NCBI RefSeq assembly: GCF_009914755.1 | Contig: NC_060926.1 | From: the human T2T-CHM13v2.0 reference genome, Homo sapiens | Reading direction: 5' to 3' (one strand) | Length of the DNA stretch: 64,000 nt | In this document: positions 28,439 through 43,727 of the stretch, in pieces | Numbering within the stretch: position 1 is the first letter of the stretch | Layout: each line of letters starts with the position of its first letter | Notes under the pieces: generated by a model | The model's input: the letters and a program-made list of their open reading frames with translations, nothing else | Told to the model about the DNA's origin: nothing | Database searches by the model: none | Translations under genes and position numbers: made by a program

Positions 28439-30879
28439 GAAGTGCAAATGAAAAAAAAGAATATATTTTTTGTAAATTTAAGAGAGTAAGAATAAAAGGT
28501 TCTTAGGACTGTATACTCTCCATAAGAATCATGAAGAGTAATGCCGAAGATCAGAGAAAACTAACCAGTATTTATAATGATGTTCACTTCTATTGTGGCC
28601 TGAGCCTTGGGGTGTTTGGAGCAATTTTTCAACCCTTCTGAGCCTTATTTTTCTCACTTTTAAAATGAGGGTGTTAAAGGCAGGTGATCTCAACATCTTT
28701 TCCCAACTTACCCAGCTTTGGATTTTTTTTTCTGGTTATAAAATTATTCTGATTATTTTTTCTTAGAAAAAATATAGATAGGAAAATGTATATTTCTGTT
28801 AATTCTACCACTCACAGATAACCAGTTCGGTGTATATTCTTCTAGGTAATGCTTGGGTTCTTTTTTTAAAAGCCATAACGACCACAATAAACACAGTAGA
28901 ATCTCTTTTCTGCTTTATCTCTCTGAAGAATATGTGAGCTTTTTTTTCCCCCTGTTTTAGTATTTAAGTGCTTAACAATTGAGGTTCTGGCAACTAAAAC
29001 TGCACAGGCAGCAGCTCCGTTTTTCTCAGAATCAAGCGAAACTGAACAGGCAATTAAAAGTTACTGAACTGCAAGGTAAAATTACTTCCCTGCTATGCTT
29101 CTGGGTGACTAAAGAAGGGAGACAATGGAAACCATATTTAGAATTAAGATAGAAGGATGGAACATAGCAGTCTGCTCTACTAAAATGGAATCTATAAGCA
29201 TTACACATAATCAGCAGCACTTCAATCATGCTCTTTGCTCACAGTTACATGGAAGATTACACAAAACAAATGTGCAATATTCAAATCTGTGGCATTGCTG
29301 GTTAACAGAAGGCACTTCTCTCCCAGCCCACACGGTGATCCAAATTGTCTCCTGTACAGTCAGTGCCCATCTCACAAATGGGCTATGCTCCAAGCATCTA
29401 CTTGTAAGCTCATTGTTCCATTCTCTGTATTAAGTTTCTCATAGAATTAATGTTATAAATTGTCCTCAGATTCCTAGGCTAGCCTATATGGGCCAGCTTA
29501 TTAAAAGGCACATTATCAAAAAATAACATCAAGAAGACTATGCAAATTAACCACCATAGTAATGCTTCTTTTGAAGTTGTATTCAGAGGTCAATTGTGGA
29601 AGCACAAGAATAGCTCTCCTCTTCTGAAAATTACTGGTGACAGTTTCCATCCTTAGAGACAAATGGTAAGACAGAAGAATAAAGTTTAAAGAATTTCGGG
29701 AATTCAATCAGGAGGATTCAGGGCCAGAGATCAAGGAAAAGGATTCACATTGAACTGGGAAAGCAGTAAACGGCATGAGATGAAGGAGTTGGTAGTATGC
29801 CTGATAATGCTTAAGAAAGGAGAAAATGATTACAGTATGGAGAAACAGAGCCTTCTTCTAGGGTATCTTCCCATGACTTTGAGCTCTTATCTTAGTTAGA
29901 AGCTTGGAGGCTATAATATCTGGATGTCATCTGTTTTCCACACTCAGTAGAAATGTTGGGGGAAGAGGATTTGGTGAACTGGGGTAAAGATAAAAATGAG
30001 CAGTGGAAGTCTGGGGAAGTATTAAGACATTTCCATTCCAACTGAAACCTTATGTCTATCACCTCTCCCTCCACTGAGGACTCTACCTGGTGACTTGTAT
30101 TGGGAATAGTTAAGATGCCTGGAAAATGCAGTGGATCTTGAAATGATAATTTCAAACATTTAATAGGGTAGCTCAAACATCAAACAACAATGAAAATAAA
30201 TAGGAATGTGGAAGTCAAGCAACGGAAGATCTTGCCACATGCAACCAGTATAGCCATTTGCACAATAAGAATCACATTAAATTGGATTAAGCAATCTGTG
30301 AGAATCTCCTTAGGATAATATTTTTACATAACAAGGGAATCAACAAAGCAGATTTTATAACTGATGTCATGTAATAAAATATGAAACCCACTCTTAAAGG
30401 TTATGATTCTATTGGTACAGTTAAGTATAAATCTGCTGGAGATAGTAAGGTAGTAAGATTAATAAGTAACAAACACATGTTCTGCTATAAAGGTCACTTT
30501 TGATTTAATGAGAAATACAAATTTGCCGAAAATATGTCTTCCTTCTTTAGGAGGGGATGGTGGTACTAAAATTTAATAAAATAGGGTAAAAAAATGTCAA
30601 AATATCAATCAGAAAACCTAAGGTGAACTGAAAGCAGTTACTGTGGAGTACAGTATCTACTATGAGATTTCTTTTAGGTAACTTTTTTATGTCGTCCAAC
30701 CTCAATTATCAATTTTCCTCAAAATTACAATTCGAAAATACCAAAAGAAAAAATAATAACTGTTTTTGGGATCCACGAGGACATTATTAAAGAGTATTTT
30801 GGAGTTATATTTGCTGCCAATATCATGTACTGAATGTTCAGAGAAATATTTTCTGCTCTGCGTTTAAAAATGACAAATA

Positions 30880-32740
30880 ACTATGAAAGACATGTTACTA
30901 GACATGGAGGAGATAATCAAAAGACCAAAATACATGTAATCACTGTTCCAGAAGGAGAGGGGAAAGAGAATGGACAAAAGACTCACAATTCTACATAATT
31001 GATTAATTAGACAAATCCTAATATCAGGAAGCCCAGTGAATCCAAAGCAAGAATAATAAAAAGAAACCCTTACCAAGACAGACAGACACATGAGCAAGAA
31101 ATAATTGAAAATGCAAGGAAAGAGATCTTTAAAACAGTCAGGAAGAATGAAACAGTAGTTAGAAATAAATGATAACTAGATTTACAACTAACTTTTCAAC
31201 ACTTACAATGGAAGCTAGAGGGCAATGGGATAATATCTCCAAAATATAAGAGACAACAGCTGTTCTATTACAATTGCTATACCCAGTGGAAAAAAAAATT
31301 CAAAATGAGGTTAAAATAAAGCTATTTCAAACAATTAAAAAATGAAAGAATGTACTAACAAAAGACCTTCACGAATGAAACATCTAAATAATGTATATAA
31401 AACAAAGGAAAATAATCACAGAAAAAAACGTCTAAGATGAAAGAAGAAAAGTAAAACCATGGCAAACATCTCAGTAAATCTAAAGAAAGCCTTACTTTGT
31501 AAAAATATTAACAGTGTTTAATTTATAGAGTTCATACAACAAAAGTCAAAGCCACCAACAACATGTCATTCCAAAAAGATCATGAAAGGAATTGAAACAT
31601 TCAAAGGTCCTTTTATTGTCTGAGAGGAAAATATTAGTTAACATTAGATGTTGTAACCTCAGCTATTCATGTTTTATATTTAATGATTTCAAGGTAGAGG
31701 TAGAAAAGTATATCTTAAACAGGATATTAAAATACAAACTATAAAGGGAAATACTGATAATTTAACTATATCAAATTTTAGAACTCCATTCACCAAAATA
31801 TACCATAAAAAGACTGAAAATTCCAGTCACATACTAGAAGAATAAACATAACAAAATATAATGAATTCTAAGCATCAATAAAGAAATGATAAATAATCTA
31901 ATAGGAAAAAAATGGACTAAAAATGTGAACAGATATTTCACAGAAGGGGAAACACAAATAACCCAGAAACATATGAAGACATGTACAACATCATTAGTAA
32001 TCAGGAGAATTCAAATTAAATCACAATGAAATACCATTGTACAATCACCGCACTGGCAAAAAATTTAAAAGTTTAGATGAGAACACAGAGCAATAGGAAG
32101 TCATCATCCCCCAGTGGACAGCAGGTGAATGGTAAGTAATTTTACTAGGAACGTTACATGTGCATCCTGTATGCATTATATGTACTGCAACAATACTGCT
32201 CCTGAGTCTATGCCCTAGAGAAATTCTTGTGCATGATCCAGAGTCACATGAAACAGGGTTCAAGGAGCACTGTTTGTAAGAGCAAACACTCAAAACCACC
32301 CAAATATCCATGAGCATAGAGTGGGTTACAATATTGTGATTTTTTTTCACTCAGTAGAATGATACACAGTGGTAAGAATGATTAAATTAAATGCTATAAT
32401 AAACCCCAAACAAGTTTGACAGACAAAAATGAAGGAATAAAACTACTATTATTCCATTTATATAAAATTCAAAAACAGGCAAAAGTAAACAGTATATCAT
32501 TTACTGATACATGCATATATGATAAAACTATTTTAAAAAGTAAGAAGATTATAAACACAAAATTCAGAAGGTAGCTAGCTATCTCAGGATAAATAAGAGG
32601 GGCATACACAGTGCTTCAGATAGGTACTGCTGTATTTATGTCATGTGCTGGCCACAAAGTTTTTCAATTTTTAATTACATTTTAGTAGACACACATGAAT
32701 TATATAAGTTTTAAAGGTAAATTATTATCACAATAAAGAA
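30880..32740 (+). mobile_element. Old L1M (L1ME/MD-type) fragments: ORF1/ORF2 remnants and 3' UTR
   Basis: A-rich; GAACAGATATTTCACAGAAG, ACATCATTAGTAATCAGGAGAATTCAAATTAAATCACAATGAAATACCA, ATTCCATTTATATAAAATTCAAAAACAGGCAAAA. Confidence 0.75.
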
Positions 32741-33450
32741 ATATTTAATATTGTTAATTGCAGTTTAATAAACATAATAAGTTTAAATTAAGAAGAAAAG
32801 CTTTTCTTTTAAACTAAATGTTTAAAATTTGGGATTTTTATTAAAAAATCACATTTAAAGAAACATGGCAAAACTGGAGTTTAAATGGGGGTTCTTTTCT
32901 GAGTCATATATTTGCATAGTGTCAGTGGAATAATAATGACTCTAGTTATTCTGACTGAAAGTTGAAAATGTTTGTTTGTTTAATTATTTTAGTTTGTACT
33001 TCATTTTTATAGCATTCCCTCACATTAATTATATATTGTAGTTGCATTATGCAAAATGAAAACAAATAAAGTTAGAAATACTATGCTTCATAAAACGTAG
33101 CATAAAGTTACACTGGCTGATACTCACAGTCATTTGTATAGCCATTGCCTTGAAATATACTGATCACAAGCTCCTTTATCTCCAAAATGTCTGAATGCTG
33201 TTAACATGAGAAAAAGACACCTGACTAACTTGACTGACCTGCAGCAAAATTATTTGTTTTCATCGAAAAGGAAGGTGCCCTCCTCTCTGTTACTCACTTT
33301 TTTCCTTTCTGAACTAATTTCTGAGAAAATTACTCAATTAATAGCACTAATTTATAAAATTAATTGTGTAATTTGCCTAGATTCCAGGCATTCATTAGCT
33401 CTCATGGAAGCACCTGTGTGGAGAAAACTATCAGGACTCTTTGGAAAGAA

Positions 33451-33490
33451 GACAGTGGCAGACAGTGGCAGACAGTGGCAGACAGTGGCA
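33451..33490 (+). repeat. Tandem 10-mer (GACAGTGGCA)4
   Basis: Four perfect copies followed by a degenerate CCGTAGCA. Confidence 0.97.
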
Positions 33491-34049
33491 CCGTAGCACC
33501 TCAAATAATGCAACAAAGACCCCTACGCGAGCTTGCATCCTGTCAAAGAAGCTGTTTTCTGCTCTATTGAAATCTTTGGCTTCAAGCACTAACCTCCTCT
33601 CATATTCCTTTGTCCCTTAAGCTCCAACTTCACTATGCAATCGTCCTCTCTATTCTTGCCTCCTCCAGTTCTAACTCAAGTTTCAGTCTTATTAGAAATA
33701 GGACATGCTCACTTTGGCAAGACATGGCTCCTTTTTTACCCAGAGGGTAAAGCACTATAGCAACAAGAGGTACACAGGTAAAGGACAGTGTTATCGAAAC
33801 CTAACATTTCCCTAACTATGCCCACCCTCACTCCTCATCAGTGAGCTTCTCCTGTAACCTGGACCATTCCAAACACTAACAATGACTGAGAAGCAAAAAG
33901 TTTCCACAGCCTTCTAACATCATCAATTCAAGTGCCTAACAATTCTAATGAGAAGGGTCTTGAATGATAATATTTAAAGCTATTTTTTCTTATTTTATCA
34001 GATAAATAATCAATTTTTTAAAAAGGTATTCATTTATTCTTATACCTCA

Positions 34050-34052
<3 letters not shown>

Positions 34053-34096
<44 letters not shown>
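34053..34096. repeat. (AT)22 microsatellite
   Basis: Uninterrupted AT run. Confidence 0.97.
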
Positions 34097-34100
<4 letters not shown>

Positions 34101-35599
34101 TATGATTAGCATCAGGTTAGTCTGGGAGTAGGAATGGGTTTGTTTGATTAAGAAATAAAAAATAAGCATAGTATCTTACTATAAAAATGTTATACTTAGA
34201 AGAGAATGTATACATTTAAAGAGAATTAAAATGAAAATGTTTTCATTTCTATATGTTAATATAATACAGTGCCAAACGATTTGGCAATGGCATTAAGTGA
34301 CACAGAAGTTCAAAGCACAGACAAATACCAATGTGAGCAGGAGTCATAAAGGCTTCCAAGAGGAACTAGAAAGAGAGCTAGGATTTAGGGAATTGATGAA
34401 TGGACAGGAGCTAAAAACACAGAGGGGAAGGAGGAGGGTATTTCTGGCATTGGAAATCGAATATGAAATTCAGCTCAAGCATGTGAAGATAAGTAGGGGC
34501 TATGACCGTGAGGTATGGAGGGGGCTGATGCCAGTAGCTGCTCTGATGAGAATATGAAGAGAAGTACCACAAACACTTTGAAGTCTGGCTGTTTCATTCA
34601 TTGAACTATTGGAATGTGCATTGAATGCCATCTGATTCAACAGCAATGGTTTGTACTCTTCTATCCTCTGATAATTTGCTGGCAGCACACACCTTCTGTC
34701 ATGCCAAATTACTGCAGCCTGAAAGTTGTGTAGGAAAATCTGTGGTGGCAAATTAAGTCCTTGCCATCCTGAAAGAATCCAGGCATTCAGGATTGATTAT
34801 TAACAACTGGAAAGCTGAGGAAGCAAAGAGAAAATCATCACCGTCTACAGCCAAAGTCCCAAAGCCAGTAACCATATAGATATTAACATTAGGTAGCCTC
34901 ACTGGAACAAAAGCATTCTTTGGTCTCTAACCACATATAATTCAGAGAGATAGCACAGTATGCAGAAAAACCAGACTAAGTATCCTGGAATGCATGACTC
35001 TACACCAAAGCGATATATAAAGTATCCAGAGATACCTAGTATGACACTGTCACTGGTCCAACACATTGTCTGTATTCCTAAATCTAAGAAATCATAGAAC
35101 TAACAGGGATTATGTTGTTGAATGCAGTATGTCCCATTAGAACAAGGAGTGAAGTGATATTCACTCACTGGGAGAAATAAACTGCAGTTCGTGTCTAAGA
35201 TATAGAAAGATTCACCTTTTCCATCCTATGGACCAGTAACATAATGTATACCTTTGAACTTTAAAGAGTTTAAACAGTGCATAGCTTTATAAATTTGTAG
35301 TGAGAATCAGGGAGACATAAAGTTACAAAATGAACATTTTTTTTTCCTAAGTAGCAGTACTTTTCGAGAAACGGAAGGTATTGAATATTCACTACCTTTT
35401 AAAAGATAGCAAATGAGAGAGGCAAGGTGCTTTTTGTTTGGTTTTGTTTTAAATTGGGGAAAATGACAAAAATTAGCAGTTATTAACTTCACTTTTCATT
35501 AGATTTAATACTATCTTCCATTCTACAATATTGTATAATATCCCATTCTACATTGCACTCCATTCTAATAATAATAAAATAATAAAACAATTAACCAGA

Positions 35600-35790
35600 A
35601 GTAGCTAACTAGTATCTATGAAAATACTTACATGCCAGATATGACATTAAATGATCTAGAAACATTATCTCATTTAATTTTTATATTTACTGTAATATGT
35701 ATTATCTGCCCATTTTGTAGATGAGAATTAGCTGAGTTATCATTGATGCTTAGATTAGCAAAGTGGTCTACCTGTGATCACAGACGTAAA
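35600..35790 (-). mobile_element. MIR
   Basis: TACTTACATGCCAGA..CATTATCTCATTTAAT..CCCATTTTGTAGATGAGAA. Confidence 0.65.
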
Positions 35791-36954
35791 AAATTACAAC
35801 ATCAAAAAAAAAAAAAAAAAACAGTCTGTCATGTGCACTTCAAGCCTGAAATGGATTAAATCTAGGGACTAAACACCTACTACCTGGTCAGATGTTACAA
35901 TCAAAGAAGGTTCCTGGAGACAAGGGCTAACTAGAAGGTTAACACAAGGACCACGAAGGCCAATTCCTTTTTATCACCTTAGCTATGTAACCGTAGGAGT
36001 TGCCTCAAAACAATCATTTATAAAGGTGAGAACAAACAACAACAACAAAAACCCAGAAACCTCCAAATACTTCGTGATTGGAAGAGTGCTGTTGTGGGGT
36101 ATGAGCAAGCTGGTTGCATTTAATAATCTGACCATCAAGAACCATTCTGTTCACTTCTGTATTAATTACAGTAAAATGTGTGTAATATATCTGATCCCTA
36201 GAAGATACCTTTTTAAAAGTATGCAAACACATTTTAAACAAGGAATTGACAACAATGATTTCTTAGACAAGGAATTTTTCAGGTGATAACTGTTTTAGAA
36301 TGATGCTACTCTGTAAGTATGAAAGTTCTCTAATCTATCACTAGATTGGCTAACTAATGAGGATGAGTAGAGACAGAATATGAATTTAAATACGCATTCA
36401 TTCCTTGCCTTCACCAAGATTTATTTGTAAATCAATGTTATTTTATTTTCCCATTAGTTATATTTGAAGTAATTCATTCCAAATATAGAAAATAATTAAT
36501 TCTTGAAAAATTAAATTCAAAAGCTACAATTTAAAAATTAAGTTTCATGGAGTTAAGTATTAAAAGACATTAGTCCTAAACACAGTCTATTCCTTGACAC
36601 CAGTGTTTTCTCTGTAAGCCATTCTGTATAATAAGCCGACTAACATTCTAACACCTACTCTAAAATGATGATCTCTCTCCTAACTGTAAAATAATTCTAG
36701 TATTATTTTTCATTATTAACTATGATTTTGAAAAGTTGAAATGATTTAGTTGTATGACAGTATATATTAGAATTTAGTGGAATGTAAGCATAAAAAACTA
36801 TTTAACAACGTTCTTCTAAGAGTCAGCTCATAGGTCATATCCTTCATAAAACTTATCGGAAGCTTTCTTCCACCCAATTAACAAATCCCTGAGGGGTCAA
36901 CTGTACCCTATATGGTTGTTCAGAGTCTGTCATTCCTTGAGTAATACATTATAA

Positions 36955-37142
36955 TAGTAGCTCTAAAACTTTAACATACAGCAGAATCTTCTGGAGTGCT
37001 GGTTAAACTACAAATTGCAGAGCCTCACAGTCAGAGTTCCTGATTTATGAGGTCTGGGTGGAACAAAATAATTTGCATTTCTGTACAATCCTAAGGTGAA
37101 GCTGATGCTGTCAGTCTGGGGACCACATTTTGAGAACCACTG
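36955..37142. mobile_element. MER5A
   Basis: CAGAATCTTCTGGAGTGCTGGTTAAA..AATTTGCATTTCT..GGTGAAGCTGATGCTG..GGGACCACATTTTGAGAACCACTG. Confidence 0.85.
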
Positions 37143-37340
37143 CTTTCAGAGTGTTTCATTTTCAAAAAGTCTGCCTCCCACTATGAGACTAGAACCACTA
37201 AAGAGCAGATATGGTGCCTAGCATGTTCTAGGCACTCAATACATATTTCTGAATGAAAGAATGCAGAGGCCCCTGCAATGTTTGGAGGAGAACCAAATGA
37301 AAAATGAGAAGACTGACAACGCAAGTTTCGGGAAATAAAC

Positions 37341-37362
37341 TATATATATATATATATATATA
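37341..37362. repeat. (TA)11 microsatellite
   Basis: Direct reading. Confidence 0.95.
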
Positions 37363-37519
37363 ACTTAGCAGATTCAAATTTTATTTAAACCACTGTGAAG
37401 TCAATACTCTGACCTTACAAATGGTTCAGTGAAAATCTTTTGATGTAAAGAAAAATGCGAAGAGTTTGAAATTAATACTTGGTCTAGGTTCCTCTAAGTC
37501 CTTTTCCAAAATATGCCTA

Positions 37520-38482
<963 letters not shown>

Positions 38483-40629
38483 TAAGTCATTTCTATCTTG
38501 CCTGCTTAAGCTTCTCCTTCCACTCCTCCAACATTTCCTTAGTCACACTCACCTCCCACCAGATGGCCCTGGAGAGGCTGTGGTCATTTTTATTTAACTT
38601 TTGGCATTCTTTCCTTAATTGGAACTCCTTGAATTATATTAGCTTTAAGCCCTGAAAAATCTGAATCTGACCCTGCAAGAATAGTTTCTGGTTGTGAGGA
38701 AGCTGTGCTCAGTTGTATTCTTGGACTTTGATGCACTACCCAGAATTTCAGGTGGAAAAAGCCCACCATGGGTTTAAAAATCTAGCAGAACATTTGGGAC
38801 TGGGGAAATACATGAGGATAGTTGATGAAATTACTCAAGAAGAGAAAACAGACAGAGGGGAGAAGACCTAACATTAAATTTCTGTACCCTGACATCAAGA
38901 ACAGGAAGAAGAAACTGAGAAAGAAGAAGAGGATGGAACAATCAGAATGGATGAAAACAACAATAAAACAATGTAGTCCAGTGACATAAATGCCAAGGGA
39001 AGAATGAATCTTAACTAAGTAAAGATGTAGACTGTTCCCTGTGCTGAAAAGACCAGAAAAGATGAGTGCTGATATAAAGCCATTCCTATGGATTGGTGGT
39101 CACTGGAAGGGAAGATATGAATAGAGGGAGAAGTTTGTCATGCCCCCCACCAGGTCCCATGGCGGAGCTACAGGACAGTTTTTCTAACCTCCCTTAGGGG
39201 GATGGGGACTAAAATTTGCTGCTGCTCTAGTGACAAGCAGTTTACATATCCACTGGAATATCGTAAGATGGTAAGCTAGTATGATTGACATTTTACAAAT
39301 GAGAAAACGTGTCCAAAGTGACACCACCAACCAGAGCTGGAACTCAAATTCCAGATTTTCCTAACTCCAAGTCTACTGTCTTATTCTCATGGCCAATTTT
39401 AATAGCAATGTACCTATCTATCTTCACTATTATTAACAGTATTATTCAAATAATTACCTGGAATTTAGAAACAGAATAGCCTTGTCTAATTTTAGGACTG
39501 TTTTCTGAGGTTCCACTTCAATTAGAAATGCACACATTAGAAAATGCACGCTATTGCTTCAGTAATATTTTATATGTTTGTAACCCTTTATTTAAAAATT
39601 AATCTGATAACATTTGTGAACATGTTAAAAAGCTAAAATGTCAGCACTTTACTTTTCCTTCTTCACAGTTTCTAATCTGTAGAGCCTAACAAAAAAATGA
39701 TTAACATTTCAAAAGAAAACAAGGAAAAACCTGGTAGAAATATATTTAGCAGAGAAAGTTTCTAAGTATGATCTGTTGTTTGAATATATTTTTTAAAAAG
39801 AAGTTCAAAGTAAGCATTTTACTTCTTGCATTCATAAAGTGTTTATCAGTTTTCATCAAAACAAAGAAAATAAGACACGATTTTGTTTTTTTCATTTCAT
39901 GGGCTGATTTTTCATATTTTAAAAATATTTTACGTTTGTAGTCCAATATTAATATTTAACACATGGATTAATGTACATGTGCTGAAAGATGAATTGAATA
40001 AATGCCAGGAATTATTAACAAGCAATTTCAACTAAAACTATAAAACAATTTCAGCAACAATTACCTTAAGTGATAAATTTTCCTTCAATTTAAGAAATAA
40101 TTTTATCCCTCAGCTGTTTATTGAAATTATTATTTTGTACTTGCTGTATCTGAAGACAGCAAAAGACTTAGCCCATGTAAAAGTAGAAAGTACTTTTTCA
40201 TAAGTATTTTAATTTCTTACGATAACACTTAGCTATTAAATAAAATTGCGGGCTGGCAGCTGTAGGCTCAGGCATATAATGGAAGAGAAAGATGGAAATA
40301 CCAAAGGGGCAGGTAGTCATGAGCAAGGACCTGAAACTTTGATATATTTGAAGTTTTCACCTGCAACCTTATCTTCAGTTTGGTAGTAACACTACTATTT
40401 AGTGTTACTTGCTTATAGTTGTTTCTATCCATTAACTTGCTTTGTTACCTTTTGCTATGTATATAATTATATTCTATGTACATAATTATATAGAGTTGAT
40501 GCTATCCTAAACAATGCTTTAAAGGGTATATTTTGTAATTCCTAGGCTGTTCTTTGCTAAGGGACTTCAGCTAGAGCACACCTATGGTGCAATTTACTGT
40601 GTTGAAACTAGGCAGAACATCAACAATAA

Positions 40630-41320
40630 AATTTGGAACACACCTTAGGTATGGCTAAAATTTTTTAAACTGACAATACTAAGTGTAAACAAAAAAACAG
40701 AAACACTGTAATTCTCATATATTATCAGTGGAAGTTTAAAATCATGCACCCACCTTGAGAAACTGTGGGACAAAGTCTAACAAAGTTAAACAAAATCCTG
40801 TTTCCTAGCCTTTCCACTTTTAATATATGCTCAATAGAAATGACTATTGTGTCCCAACTCATTTAAAAATGCTTATAGGTATAATAGCCCCAAACTGGAA
40901 ACAAACCAAATGTTCTTCCACATGAGAATAAATAATCAAATCGTGGTATATGCATACAATGGAATATGACTCAGAAATAAAAAATAACCAACCAATGATA
41001 CATACAACATGGATAAATTTCAAAAATATGATGATCCAAAGAAACCAGACACAAAACAGAACATTCTTTACAATCCCATTTATATCAACTTCAGGACAGG
41101 GAAAATCACTTATGATGATAGTTATCAGAATAGCAGCTGGGCAGAGGAGAACTGTGACTAAGACGTAGCTTGAGAGTCACTTCCTAGAATTACAGAAATG
41201 CCCTGTGTATGGATGTGGGTAGTAAACACATGTGGGTATATATAGGTTAAAATTATTCCACTGACTTATACACTTAAAAACTTGCACATTGTATTGTATT
41301 TAAATTATATTTCATTGTTA
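40630..41320 (+). mobile_element. L1ME-type 3' fragment
   Basis: ATAATAGCCCCAAACTGGAAACAAACCAAATGT..GTGGTATATGCATACAATGGAATA..ACAACATGGATAAAT. Confidence 0.75.
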
Positions 41321-41357
41321 AATAGAAGTCAAAACCAAAGAAAACCTTCATCATGCT

Positions 41358-41716
41358 TCTTTTTCTTTTTTCTTCTCCCTCCCTCCCTCCTTCCCTCCCT
41401 TCCTTCCTTTCCTCCTTTCTTTCTTTTTTTTTGTTTTGACAGAGTCTCGCTCTTTCACCCGGGCTGAAGTGCAGTGGAAAAATCTCAGCTCACTGCAACC
41501 TCTGCCTCCCACGTTCAAGGGATTCTCCTGCTTCAGCCTCCTGAGTAGCTGGGATTACAGGCATGAGCCACCTTGCCTGGCTAATTTTTGTATTTTTAGT
41601 AGAGACAGGGTTTCACCAGGTTGGCCAGGCTGGTCGCGAACTCCTGACCTCAAGTAATCTCCCGCCTTGGCCTCCCAAAATGCTGGGATTACAGGTGTGA
41701 GCCACTGTGCCCGGCC
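41358..41716 (-). mobile_element. AluSx-like with extended (CCTT/CCCT)n tail
   Basis: Full dimer at 41437-41716; pyrimidine low-complexity tail at 41358-41437. Confidence 0.93.
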
Positions 41717-41876
41717 ACTTCTTTTTCTTACATGGCCACTTATTTTTCTTCTTTTTCTTATATTTTTTATATGTGTATTCTGATTTTCCTCGTAGGATTT
41801 TTTGCTTGTTGAAATGAAGCAGTTAAGATGTGACTAATACAACAGAGAGCATCTTGAAAAGAATGACATCATATAG

Positions 41877-42096
41877 CAAGCCTGTCCAATCTGCAGCCTG
41901 CATATGACCTAGGGTGGCTTTGAATGTGGCCCAACACACATTCGTAAACTTCCTTAAAACATGAGATATTTTTGTAATTTTTTTTGTTTTTTTTTTAGTT
42001 CATCAGTTATTGTTAGTGCTAGTGTATTTTATGTGTGGCCCAAGACAATTCTTCTTCCAATGTGGCCCAGGGAAGCCAAAAGCATGGACACCCCTG
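41877..42096. mobile_element. MER30 (hAT-Charlie)
   Basis: GGCTTTGAATGTGGCCCAACAC..GTGGCCCAAGACAATTCTTCTTCCAATGTGGCCCAGGGAAGCCAAAAG..GGACACCCCTG. Confidence 0.88.
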
Positions 42097-42222
42097 TATA
42101 GCATGAGTAAACACCTCAGCACCAAGGCTAGTAACAGAAGAGATGAATGACTTAATAACATTTAATTCCCTCACTCTCCCTTCTCCAGGCTGCAGCATTC
42201 TCAAGAATGAATTGGAAACTTC

Positions 42223-42522
42223 GGTTGGGTGTGGTGGCTCACACCTATAATCCCAGCACTTTGGGAGGCCGAAGTGGGTGAATCACGAGGTCAGGAGTTC
42301 GAGACCAGCCTGGCCAACAGGGTGAAACCCATCTTTACGAAAAATACAAAAAAAAATAGCTGGCATAGTGGTGGGCACCTGTAATCCCAGCTACTCAGGA
42401 GGCCGAGGCAGGAAAATCGTTTGAAACCAGGAGGCAGAGGTTGCAGTGAGCCGAGATCGTGTCACTGAACTCCAGCCCAGGCAACAGAGTGAGACTCCAT
42501 CTCAAAAACAAAAACAAAAAAA
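42223..42522 (+). mobile_element. AluS (Sg-like)
   Basis: Full dimer; TSD GAATTGGAAACTT at 42209-42221 and 42523-42535. Confidence 0.95.
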
Positions 42523-43322
42523 GAATTGGAAACTTTTCATTTCCTACTAATTCCGTCACCGCTATAAACTTCTGTCACCTCTCCTAAATTCCAAAACCTC
42601 ACTATGCTAGTAAGAGCCTCATGCACTTGACTCCTGACCCAGAACTGCTTGGTCAACCTTCTAACACATCTTGTCTCTTGTTATTTCAAGCACAGTTATC
42701 TGAGTAGATGCTAGCTCAATACCCCCTGCCTGTGGAAATATATTAAATGCCTCCACATACAGAATCATCTCCAAGGGGTAGAAGATAAGAAGGCTAGAAA
42801 AGAAGTTAACAATAGAGAAAAATACCAATAGATTGATTACAGGAAAATATTACATTCCTAAACATTAATAGCACCATAAACAAAATTAAAAGGTATGTAA
42901 TTAACTGAGAAAAAAATGTTAGCAATATATATAAAAATACTAAAAAGGGCTAACAACATCAATAAAGAATTCTTGCAAATCAATGTGAATAAAAGGAACA
43001 CATCACTAGGTAATGCAAGGTAATGAACAGATAATTTGGTGAAATACAATTGGCAAATCCACATGTGAAGATGTTCAAACGCAGTAGAAGTTAAAACAGT
43101 GTAAAACAGTTAAAACGATGAGGGTTTTTTTTTCTTATAAAATGATAAGGACTGAAAATAATAATTGCAATCTGGGAGGCCCATTGTGCTGGATAGTACA
43201 GGAGGTAGTATAAAGAAACATACAGAGGAGGAGAACTCAGTTTGGCAGTGAGTATTAAAAATCTAAAAATAACTATACCTTCTAACTCATTTCCACACTT
43301 CGTACACAATACAAATATTTAG

Positions 43323-43727
<405 letters not shown>

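Noticed and set aside
30880-32740. Possible coding L1 ORF1/ORF2
   Set aside because: Heavily degraded, multiple stops, no long ORF; fossil only.
33451-33490. Direct repeats as a CRISPR-like array
   Set aside because: 10-bp head-to-tail units with no spacers, in mammalian DNA with no cas genes.
42115-42131. REST/RE1-like CTCAGCACCAAGGCTAG (and a weaker one near 60065-60080)
   Set aside because: The right half-site deviates from GGACAG at key positions; half-sites are common by chance.
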